The notes under the pieces are model-generated. The model saw nothing but the letters and a program-made list of their open reading frames with translations, made no database searches and had not been told where the DNA came from. The translations under genes were made by a program, and so were the position numbers. From assembly GCA_040756875.1 (NCBI GenBank), contig JBFLYH010000002.1, positions 62,426 to 126,425 on the forward strand: a DNA stretch of 64,000 bases, read 5' to 3'. The DNA comes from a candidate division FCPU426 bacterium (lineage in GTDB: Bacteria; Oederibacteriota; JAAXVQ01; JAUVAV01). Of this stretch, positions 56,652 to 64,000 are shown piece after piece (within the stretch, counting starts at the first letter, position 1; every line of letters begins with the position of its first letter).

Positions 56652-56911
56652 GGGGCAGGGTTTTCGAAAGGTGATTATTTTTCTATGGTCTTTTCACCGA
56701 AGCGAGGTAGGTTATTTCCTGATGCATCCGCATAACCAAGAATGATTCCAATCAACAAATCATTCCAAATTCGAAAGAATGACCCTTGAGGGGGTGAGTT
56801 CTCACCGAATTAAAACTTCCGACAGACCATGGCCATTACCTTCCCTCCGGAAAGACGCCGCCGCTTTTCATGTTTTAATTGATTTGTAGACAGGGGAGAC
56901 ATCCGCGGAAA

Positions 56912-57583
56912 TCAGATAGAGGAAGAACCCATGGTCAATATCCAAGATTTTGCCGACTGATACAATGCCAGGGTATTTTTAAGCCTCAACTTGGTTTTAA
57001 GGTGATCGCAGTGGGTTTCCACAGTCTTAAGACTTAAATTCAGTTTAAGGGCAATATCCCGTTTTGACAACCCTTGTCCGATCATGTGGTATATCTCGAA
57101 TTCCCGGTTGCTCAGGGCGTAAACCGGAGAGGTCCCGGGCTCGGAGGTCAACAAATGGGGTATCAAGCGGCTGGTCAGGCGTTCGGAAAGATAAAATCCC
57201 CCCCGGCCGACTTTGCGGATGGCTTCCACGATGGTCTCGGCGGCTTCCTGTTTGGAAAGATAGCCGTGAGCGCCTGCACGCATGGCTTTGAAAACCACCG
57301 CTTCTTCCTCGTACATGCTCAAAACCAGCACTTTGCAGCCGAGGCCGCGCAGCCGCAGGGAATTGATCAATTCAAGCCCGCTGACATCTTTCAGGGAGAT
57401 ATCGAGCACAATGACCGCGGGCAATTCCGCGCCGGCTTTGGTCAACGCCTGCAATGCGGTTTCAACACTGTCGGCTTCGCCCAGGACCGACAAATCTTTT
57501 TCCTTTTCAATCAATTGCCTCAATCCTTGCCTGACCACGGGATGATCGTCCACGATCCATACGTTCAGGTTGGGGCGTTTCAC
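56912..57583 (-). CDS. NarL/LuxR-family response regulator
   Basis: IVDDHPVVRQG, LDISL, GYLSK, LSNREFEI..KTVETH; GTG start overlaps kinase stop. Confidence 0.94.
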   Translation of the reverse strand: MKRPNLNVWIVDDHPVVRQGLRQLIEKEKDLSVLGEADSVETALQALTKAGAELPAVIVLDISLKDVSGLELINSLRLRGLGCKVLVLSMYEEEAVVFKAMRAGAHGYLSKQEAAETIVEAIRKVGRGGFYLSERLTSRLIPHLLTSEPGTSPVYALSNREFEIYHMIGQGLSKRDIALKLNLSLKTVETHCDHLKTKLRLKNTLALYQSAKSWILTMGSSSI

Positions 57584-59019
57584 CGGGGCTTCTCGCTTAG
57601 ATGTTTGATGGGGATCAGGCACCGCACCACCACCCCGGGCCCGTTGTTTCGTCCACAGACTTCCAGGCAGCCGCCGAGCAGTTCCGCCCGGTATTGCATG
57701 ATGTGGATCCCCAATCCCTGGCCGGGCGAGGACGGCATGCCGCGTCCGTCGTCCTCGATTTCCATTTGAAAAACATCATCTTGCTGGCACGTCCTGATCT
57801 CGATGGAAGCCGGCTGGCCGTGCTTGAGCGCGTTATGCACCGCCTCCTTGGCGATGAAATAAAGTTCCAAGGTGGAAGAATGGGGAATGCAAGGCTGTTC
57901 CCTGCCGCCTGAATACCTGCACACCACTCCGCTCTTTTGTGAAACGCTCCGGCACAAATCCGCCAGGGTGGCCGGCAAACCTTCGCAAACCGCGTGCAGC
58001 GGATACGTCTGCCTGATCAATTCCCGCGTCTTCGCGATGCACTGTTGGGCTTGTTCCTTGATCAACTCCGCCACTTTTGCCTCGCCGCGGTTTCTGGACT
58101 TGAGGTTTTTTTCCAGCGCGGAACCGAGCAGCAGGATTCCGGCCAGATCCTGGCCGATTTCGTCGTGCAGATAGGAAGCCAGCCGTTTCTGCTCGCGTCC
58201 CGCGTATTCCTTGAATTGCTGCTGTAAGTGTTCCTGAAAAGTAATGTCCACGGCCGAGCATAAAAGCCCGATCACCCGTTCCTTTTCCACTACCAGCCCG
58301 ATGGACATTTGCAGGGCCAGGGAACTCCCGTCTTTTTTCAGGATTTGCACCTTTCCCGACCAGCCTTCGCTCAATTTCGGCAGCAGGCCGCTGATCTGCA
58401 CGCGCATATATTTGTTGAACCCGAAATCCTCCACCGGCCGGCCGACCACTTCCTCGGCGTCGGCGTACCCCCACATTCTGCAAAATGCGGGATTGGCGTA
58501 CATGATATTGCCGTCCAGATCCACGAGCATGATGGCATTGATGGCCGACCTTACCGCGGCATCCTTGAACCGCAATTCAGCCTCGAGTTTCTTTTTTTCG
58601 GTAATGTCCCCGAAGATCCCCAACAGGCCGACGAAGCCGGTTTTTCCATCCCGGATGGGAATTTTCATGGTATGCACCAGGGACATACGGCCCCGGATGA
58701 GATAAGGTTCTTCCAATTCCTCGGGATGTCCAGCGGCCATGATCCGGAGATCGTCCCCGCGGTATTTCTCGGCTAATTCAGTGGGGAAAAAGTCAAAATC
58801 CGTCTTGCCTTTGATTTGAGAGGGTAACTCCACGCCAAGATCTTCGGCAAAAGCCTGGTTGCAGGAAACATATTCCAAGTTCGAATTTTTAAGGAAAATC
58901 CGGTGGGTCAGATGCTGCCACAGAAGTTCAAACGCATCTATGGATTCAGCGCTTCCGGTCCGACCAAGGACCGTAAAATGCGTCGCATCAGTCAGCTGGA
59001 ATCCGATTTCACCTGTCAT
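57580..59019 (-). CDS. Cytoplasmic PAS-PAS HisKA_3 sensor histidine kinase
   Basis: Two PAS/PAC domains, LHDEIGQ, EAVHNALKH, DDGRG, GLGI; no TM segment seen. Confidence 0.93.
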   Translation of the reverse strand: MTGEIGFQLTDATHFTVLGRTGSAESIDAFELLWQHLTHRIFLKNSNLEYVSCNQAFAEDLGVELPSQIKGKTDFDFFPTELAEKYRGDDLRIMAAGHPEELEEPYLIRGRMSLVHTMKIPIRDGKTGFVGLLGIFGDITEKKKLEAELRFKDAAVRSAINAIMLVDLDGNIMYANPAFCRMWGYADAEEVVGRPVEDFGFNKYMRVQISGLLPKLSEGWSGKVQILKKDGSSLALQMSIGLVVEKERVIGLLCSAVDITFQEHLQQQFKEYAGREQKRLASYLHDEIGQDLAGILLLGSALEKNLKSRNRGEAKVAELIKEQAQQCIAKTRELIRQTYPLHAVCEGLPATLADLCRSVSQKSGVVCRYSGGREQPCIPHSSTLELYFIAKEAVHNALKHGQPASIEIRTCQQDDVFQMEIEDDGRGMPSSPGQGLGIHIMQYRAELLGGCLEVCGRNNGPGVVVRCLIPIKHLSEKPR

Positions 59020-59101
59020 GGCCGCACCTCCCTTTAACGGGGGAGACTAGATGCTTGTTATAAACCTTTACCGCATGCCCTGCCGCTTGCCGCAGAGCGG
59101 T

Positions 59102-59851
59102 TTATTTCGCAGCTTCCTGGGTTGGCGCCAGGGCTAGCATTTGGCGGGCGGCTTCAGCCCAGTAGCTTCCCGGTTCTTCCGCCGCTTCGGCCTGCAAAAT
59201 TTTGTCGGCCGCGTCCGTCTGGCCAAGATGACGCTGGCAGCGCGCAAGCGCCAAGCGGACCGCCCGGCGGTTGAAAAAATCCGGCGCGGCGGCCAGCAGC
59301 GTTTCGTATGTCTGCCTGGCTGCGGCCCATTCCTTCATGTTTTCCTGGCAGGCGCCGATTCTTTGCTGCAAAGAACTTTTCAACGCGGGATCCGTAGCTT
59401 TCTCGGCATCCGCCCGGTAAATTTCCACGGCTTTGGCGTATTCTCCCAGGTAAAACCAGCTGTTGGCTTCTAGGTCGCGCGCCTGCCGGCCGGCCGGCGT
59501 GTTGCGATAGCTGGCCGACACCTCCGCGAATGCCTGCTGGGTTTTTTTGTACTTTTCCTCAGTATTGCGGAACGATTCGCCGCCGTATGCGGCCTCCGTC
59601 GCCCCGCCGACGGGCTGCACCGACCAGGTGACCGCCCGGTTCAAAAGCTCCGCGGCCCGCTTGGCATTGGCGCGCTGGTTGCTAAAGTACAGGGGCACAA
59701 GAATCGCGATCACCACCACGATGATGGCCGCGATGAGCAAATTTTCCGTATTTTGCTTCGCCGATGCAAAAAGCTTTTCCAAGGCATTGCGCAATTCGTC
59801 CTGCTTGATGGATTTCCGGATTTGTTTATGGGTATAAAGCTTCTTGGCCAT
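59102..59851 (-). CDS. Membrane-anchored TPR protein (YfgM-like)
   Basis: N-terminal basic region, one TM, TPR-like helices. Confidence 0.75.
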   Translation of the reverse strand: MAKKLYTHKQIRKSIKQDELRNALEKLFASAKQNTENLLIAAIIVVVIAILVPLYFSNQRANAKRAAELLNRAVTWSVQPVGGATEAAYGGESFRNTEEKYKKTQQAFAEVSASYRNTPAGRQARDLEANSWFYLGEYAKAVEIYRADAEKATDPALKSSLQQRIGACQENMKEWAAARQTYETLLAAAPDFFNRRAVRLALARCQRHLGQTDAADKILQAEAAEEPGSYWAEAARQMLALAPTQEAAK

Positions 59852-59875
59852 GAGGCTTTCCTCGTTTCGGAAGAT

Positions 59876-60544
59876 TTAAGACAATCGCCGCCGGCGTTCC
59901 AGCATGCGACGGCAGAGCGTCCAGGCATGTTCCTGCAAGCGGCGGATGGAGGTTGCCGGCAGACCGGCCCCCTTTACCACAGCCGCGATGGTTTCGGGGA
60001 CGTGCAAATCCCGGGGAGTGTGGGCGTCGCTGTTCACCACCAGGGGACAACGGGCCCGGCCCGCCGTGAGGGCCACATGGCCGTTGGTCAGCGAGTGGCC
60101 GGCCCGGGAGGTCAATTCCAGCGCCACTCCGCGCTGGCGCGCCAAGCGCGCCTCGACCGCCGAAATGAATCCCGGGTGCGCCAGCACATCCGCACCGCCC
60201 AAAATGGCCGCGCGGTTCGTGCCCGGCGCCACGGGTTCCACCGGCGTCTCGCCGTGCACCACGACCAAATCCGCGCCGAGTTCGCGCGCCGTGCGGATCA
60301 AGGCCGGAATCTGCCGGGGCGGCACATGAGTCAGTTCGATGCCCGCCAGCACCACCAAGCCGGCGCCCACGCTCAAACTGCGGGCCGCTGCGACTGTCGC
60401 CGGCACCAGTTCCATGAGATTGGATTGGTCCGCATGGTCGGTAAGCGCCAAAGCCCGATACCCTTTGACTTTGGCCCGCCGAATCAGTTCGGCGGGAAGC
60501 AAGTCCCCGTCGGAATGCAGGGTGTGCATATGCAGGTCAATCAT
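59876..60544 (-). CDS. PHP-family phosphoesterase (histidinol-phosphatase-like)
   Basis: DLHMHT..SDG, TDHAD, VHGETPVEP, AHPG, NSDAH. Confidence 0.9.
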   Translation of the reverse strand: MIDLHMHTLHSDGDLLPAELIRRAKVKGYRALALTDHADQSNLMELVPATVAAARSLSVGAGLVVLAGIELTHVPPRQIPALIRTARELGADLVVVHGETPVEPVAPGTNRAAILGGADVLAHPGFISAVEARLARQRGVALELTSRAGHSLTNGHVALTAGRARCPLVVNSDAHTPRDLHVPETIAAVVKGAGLPATSIRRLQEHAWTLCRRMLERRRRLS

Positions 60545-60686
60545 GAGGTAGCCTCGCTTCCCCTTCCATACAAATGATCTAAACGTGAGCAACCGAACAA
60601 TTGAGCAATAGACCGCAGTTGAGCTTTTTCACCTGTTCACCTGTTCTACTGCTCAACTGCTCTGTCCCGCGCCTCCGGCGCGGGAC

Positions 60687-60763
60687 TGGTGCCCCCGGCG
60701 CGACTTGAACGCACGACCAACGGTTTAGGAAACCGCTGCTCTATCCAACTGAGCTACGGGGGC
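60687..60763 (-). tRNA. tRNA-Arg(CCT)
   Basis: GCCCCCGTAGCTCAGTTGGATAGAGC, anticodon loop TTCCTAA, GTTCAAG, encoded CCA. Confidence 0.96.
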
Positions 60764-60766
60764 GTA

Positions 60767-61285
60767 TCAGTATTTGATCAACGCCTGGACATCCAGACCG
60801 GCCACTTTCTCCCTGCCTTTAAGGAATGCCAGTTCGATCAGAAAAGCCGCGCCCACGAGTTCGCCGCCGAGACGGCCGACCAAATCCCTCACGGCCGCCG
60901 TGGTGCCTCCCGTGGCCAGGACATCGTCCACGATCAATACGCGCGTTCCAGGTTTGAAGGCATCCGCATGTATTTCCAGACTGTCGGTTCCGTATTCCAG
61001 CGCGTACTCCGCGCGCAATTTGGCTGCAGGCAGCTTGCCCGGCTTGCGAACCGGCACCAGTCCGGCCCCCAGCAAGGCCGCCACGGCAGTGCCCACTAAA
61101 AACCCCCGCGATTCCACGCACACCACCTGCTGGATTTGTTTCTTTTTATATGGCTCGGCCAGTTCGGCGATCGCTGTTTTCCAGGCTTCGGGATGGGCCA
61201 GAAGCGGCGTAATGTCTTTAAAGAGGATTCCGGGTTTGGGGAAATCCGGCACGTCCCGAATCAATCGCTGCCACTCGCTGGTCAT
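60767..61285 (-). CDS. apt: Adenine phosphoribosyltransferase
   Basis: DFPKPGILFKDIT, ESRGF, RKPGKLP, LEYG, VDDVLATGGT. Confidence 0.97.
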   Translation of the reverse strand: MTSEWQRLIRDVPDFPKPGILFKDITPLLAHPEAWKTAIAELAEPYKKKQIQQVVCVESRGFLVGTAVAALLGAGLVPVRKPGKLPAAKLRAEYALEYGTDSLEIHADAFKPGTRVLIVDDVLATGGTTAAVRDLVGRLGGELVGAAFLIELAFLKGREKVAGLDVQALIKY

Positions 61286-61295
61286 GGAGCCACCC

Positions 61296-62567
61296 CTATT
61301 CATTGAAGATATCGTCCAATGATGCCTGGTTCTGGTGCAGATGCGATCGCAATTTTTTTAAAGCCCCGACTTCGATCTGGCGGATCCGTTCCCGTGTCAG
61401 GTCGAATTTCTTCCCTGTTTCCTCCAGCGTGCAGGGCGGTGCGTCCGCCAGGCCGAAACGCACCGTCAGGATCTCCCGTTCTTTTTTCGTCAGGAGATTC
61501 AGCAAATTCTGCAACTGCTCCCGCTGAATCCGGCCCACCACAGCGGAATCCGGCGCTTCGGGCTTGGTGTCTTCCAGTACTTCCAGGAGCTTGCGGCCCT
61601 CCGAGGCGGACGACTGTCCCACCATGGTTTCCAGATAGGCGGGTTTTTGCTCCATCTGCAGGATTTCCGAGACCTGCTCCACGGATACGCGCATGGCCCT
61701 GGCCAGTTCTTCTGGTTCGGGTTCCCGCCGGAGTTTCTGCGACAGTTCATATCTTATGCGCGACAACCGCGAAACTTTTTCCACCACATGCACGGGCAGC
61801 CGGATCAGATTGCTCTGATTGGCCAGCGCGCGTTTGATATACTGCCGCACCCACCAGGCCGCATAGGTCGAAAATCGGAACCCTTTTTCGGGCGCGAATT
61901 TTTCGACCGCCCGCATCAGCCCCAAATTGCCCTCTTCGATCAAGTCCAGGAGGGAGAGCCCGCGATTCAGATAGCGCTTGGCGATGGAAATGACCAAGCG
62001 CAAATTGCTGACAATCATGGTCTGCCGTGCCGAGGCGTCCGCTTTAATCACGCGCCTGGCCAGCGCCTGCTCCTGGGCGAAGGTCAACAACGGCACTTTG
62101 CTGACTTCGTCCAAATATTGTTTGACCGCATCGAGGTCTTCCTTTCGCTCGGGCGGCGTTTCTTTTTCCTCGGCGGCTATAATGGCTTCGGGTTCCAGCT
62201 CCTCGGTCTCGAGCTCTTCGTCTTCGTTTTCCTCCGCCTCCGGTTCTTCAGGCTCGGGCAGCGGTTCAGCCGCGGTCGGAGGTGCAGAAGGCTGCGTGGG
62301 CTCGGCCGGGACTGTTTCGGCGCCGGAAGATTTGGACTTGGTCTCCTCCGCGGGCTCCTCCCGCAGGCGCGCCTTGGGCGGACGACCCCGCTTGCGCACC
62401 TTCGGCGGACGGCCCCGCTTGCGCACCTTCGGCGGACGGCCCCGCTTGCGCGCCTTCGGCGGACGACCCCGCTTGCGCGCCTTCGGCGGACGGCCCCGCT
62501 TGCGCGCTTTGCGCGAACGCCGACTTCGGTCGTTCCGACTGCGTTGGGAGTCCTTTTCTTCCGCCAT
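61296..62567 (-). CDS. RpoS/RpoD-like sigma-70 factor with N-terminal AT-hook array and acidic tract
   Basis: YLDEVSKVPLL, NLRLVISIAK, GFRFSTYAAWW, IRLPVH, TRERIRQIE; start MAEEKD. Confidence 0.92.
   Translation of the reverse strand: MAEEKDSQRSRNDRSRRSRKARKRGRPPKARKRGRPPKARKRGRPPKVRKRGRPPKVRKRGRPPKARLREEPAEETKSKSSGAETVPAEPTQPSAPPTAAEPLPEPEEPEAEENEDEELETEELEPEAIIAAEEKETPPERKEDLDAVKQYLDEVSKVPLLTFAQEQALARRVIKADASARQTMIVSNLRLVISIAKRYLNRGLSLLDLIEEGNLGLMRAVEKFAPEKGFRFSTYAAWWVRQYIKRALANQSNLIRLPVHVVEKVSRLSRIRYELSQKLRREPEPEELARAMRVSVEQVSEILQMEQKPAYLETMVGQSSASEGRKLLEVLEDTKPEAPDSAVVGRIQREQLQNLLNLLTKKEREILTVRFGLADAPPCTLEETGKKFDLTRERIRQIEVGALKKLRSHLHQNQASLDDIFNE
62373..62507 (-). repeat. Five tandem 27-bp units encoding (A/V)RKRGRPPK AT-hooks
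   Basis: Direct inspection of sequence and ORF translation. Confidence 0.95.
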
Positions 62568-62653
62568 GCAACATCCTTTTTCGGAATGGCACGAACCCGG
62601 TTTCCCGGGTGGAGCTCCCCGGTTAAAACCGGGGCTTTCGGCGTCGCAGGGGG

Positions 62654-62941
62654 TCAATCAAAGCGGATTTCGAATTCCATTTCCCCCGGGCAAACCGCCT
62701 TCGGACTGACCTGCACGCGCTCCACGCGGGCCATCCGGGGTCCATGTTCCAAACTCAGCGCCAGCGCTTCGAGGGCACTTGGTTTCCCCTGCGCTTCGAG
62801 GACCACGCTGCCGTCCGGGCAATTTTTCACATACCCGGTCAGTTGCCGGTTCTGCGCCTCCCGCTGGGCAAAAAAACGGAACCCCACCCCTTGAACGCCG
62901 CCGATGACCGTGATCCGAACGCGTTGCAGTTCGTCTACCAC
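62654..62941 (-). CDS. acyP: Acylphosphatase
   Basis: GGVQGVGFR, GYVKNCPDGSV, GPRMARV. Confidence 0.93.
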   Translation of the reverse strand: MVDELQRVRITVIGGVQGVGFRFFAQREAQNRQLTGYVKNCPDGSVVLEAQGKPSALEALALSLEHGPRMARVERVQVSPKAVCPGEMEFEIRFD

Positions 62942-63678
62942 AGCTGCTCGACATAGGTGATTCCGAACGACAAATGCTGGGAGATCACCTGGCCCAAGTT
63001 CTTGACTTCGCCAACGGTATCCAGATTGCGGCCCGCGTAGGTCATGATCAGGTTGGGCGCCAAAAGCAGACGCATCCCCATATTAATGCCACGGCCGTCG
63101 TATTCAAACAGCAATTCAGCGCCCGGAAACAGCGTCTTACCCAATCCGGCAAATCCCTGCGAAAAGCGGCCTTCGCCCCAACCGGCCACCATCGATACCC
63201 GCGACAGTCCCGGAAAAAACCTCTGCATCACGACATACCCGTCCTGCTCTTCCACGCCCGCGGCGAGACTCACGCCGCCCCAATCCTGGTCGATCAATTT
63301 GATTTTACCCTGCCCGCGAAATGCCTCGCGGATGAACCCGGGAACATTCTTCTCTGCCAGATCCCAGCGGGAAAGATTGCGATAGGGTTCGAATTGTTCT
63401 CCCAAACGGTCGGCATCGAAAAAAAAACCGCCCTCCAGGACCTCCCATAATCCAAAATTGACCTTGGCTTTGTTCAAATGGATGCCGGCCGACAGTTGAC
63501 CGGAACCGGGAACCGATGCGGAAGGAATGTTGATCCAGCCCGTGGGGCCTGTCAGCGAGGCGGAGCGTTCGAGATAGCGGGTGGCTTGATCCACTTTGCC
63601 CCAAGCGCTCTCGACGGCTATACTGATTAAAAGGATTATTCCCCATCCGGCCATGCATGCAATCTTTTTCGGGGACAT
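62935..63678 (-). CDS. Exported YjbH-like outer-membrane protein
   Basis: Signal peptide, GPTGWINIPSA, EYDG..N.G.R. Confidence 0.6.
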   Translation of the reverse strand: MSPKKIACMAGWGIILLISIAVESAWGKVDQATRYLERSASLTGPTGWINIPSASVPGSGQLSAGIHLNKAKVNFGLWEVLEGGFFFDADRLGEQFEPYRNLSRWDLAEKNVPGFIREAFRGQGKIKLIDQDWGGVSLAAGVEEQDGYVVMQRFFPGLSRVSMVAGWGEGRFSQGFAGLGKTLFPGAELLFEYDGRGINMGMRLLLAPNLIMTYAGRNLDTVGEVKNLGQVISQHLSFGITYVEQLW

Positions 63679-63803
63679 CCTTTACCCTCACAGCCCGTTC
63701 AACCTAGGTGCTTCGGCAAAAATATGCCGGAGAGGTACCGTGCCTTGCTTTTTTCATCAGTTCTGGTCGGGGCGAGAGGATTTGAATCCCGGCCCACTTC
63801 GCC

Positions 63804-63934
63804 GGGACTTCCTCGCTCCGCTCGTCAGCCCCTTGCCGGTCTCATTATCTAGTTTGGGACTTCCTCGCTCCGTTCGTCAGCCCCTTGCCGGTCTCATTAT
63901 CTAGTTTGGGACTTCCTCGCTCCGTTCGTCAGCC
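63804..63934. repeat. 52-bp tandem repeat, about 2.5 copies
   Basis: GGGACTTCCTCGCTCCG(C/T)TCGTCAGCC at 63804, 63856 and 63908. Confidence 0.9.
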
Positions 63935-63980
63935 TCCGACCCATATTGCGCGTTTCTTACTCTACTTTTTTCTTCAGTTC

Positions 63981-64000
63981 TGGTCGGGGCGAGAGGATTT
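63981..64000 (-). tRNA. 3' end of a probable tRNA-Pro (truncated by window, or another 3'-end copy)
   Basis: Minus strand AAATCCTCTCGCCCCGACCA; anticodon lies outside the window. Confidence 0.6.

Noticed and set aside
56570-56900. Cobalamin or other riboswitch before the TonB receptor
   Set aside because: No recognisable B12-box or other conserved riboswitch motifs by eye; an Rfam scan would be decisive.
51300-59050. tRNA-integrated mobile island
   Set aside because: The block lies 5' of tRNA-Ala, with no integrase and no duplicated tRNA-Ala end; only composition differs.
63804-63934. Possible CRISPR array
   Set aside because: The intervening sequences are identical (tandem repeat, no unique spacers) and no cas genes are present.

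Overview
GC-rich bacterial chromosome; almost all real genes are on the minus strand. The dominant feature is missing from the ORF track because it runs off the window: one apparently stop-free minus-strand frame from ATG 35239 past position 1 (at least 11,746 codons). By my manual translation it encodes a giant multi-pass membrane protein. It starts with an IQDLH..EG..GGFH domain of the kind described at the start of Omnitrophota/Elusimicrobiota-type giant proteins. Enzyme-like domains follow, separated by repeated membrane modules: two mannose-1-P guanylyltransferases, several HExxH zincin motifs, a J-domain, a protein-kinase fold, four CheR-like methyltransferases, two CPBP/Abi protease-like modules, a GT35 glucan phosphorylase, a GH57, a HAD domain and an HD-GYP domain. 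Moving up the coordinates are a HIT-family nucleotidyltransferase, truA, and an ilvD-ilvB-ilvN-ilvC-pssA-like-leuA-XRE/cupin-leuC-leuD-leuB-asd cluster. Then come a cNMP-binding protein, an amidohydrolase, tRNA-Ala(GGC) and a lower-GC block (PAS kinase, LuxR regulator, TonB receptor, porin, binding protein, H-NOX). The window ends with TPR, PHP, tRNA-Arg(CCT), apt, an RpoS-like sigma factor with five AT-hooks plus an acidic tract, acyP, a YjbH-like protein and duplicated tRNA-Pro-like 3' ends. Domain calls come from motif recognition by eye, not database searches; domain boundaries are approximate.
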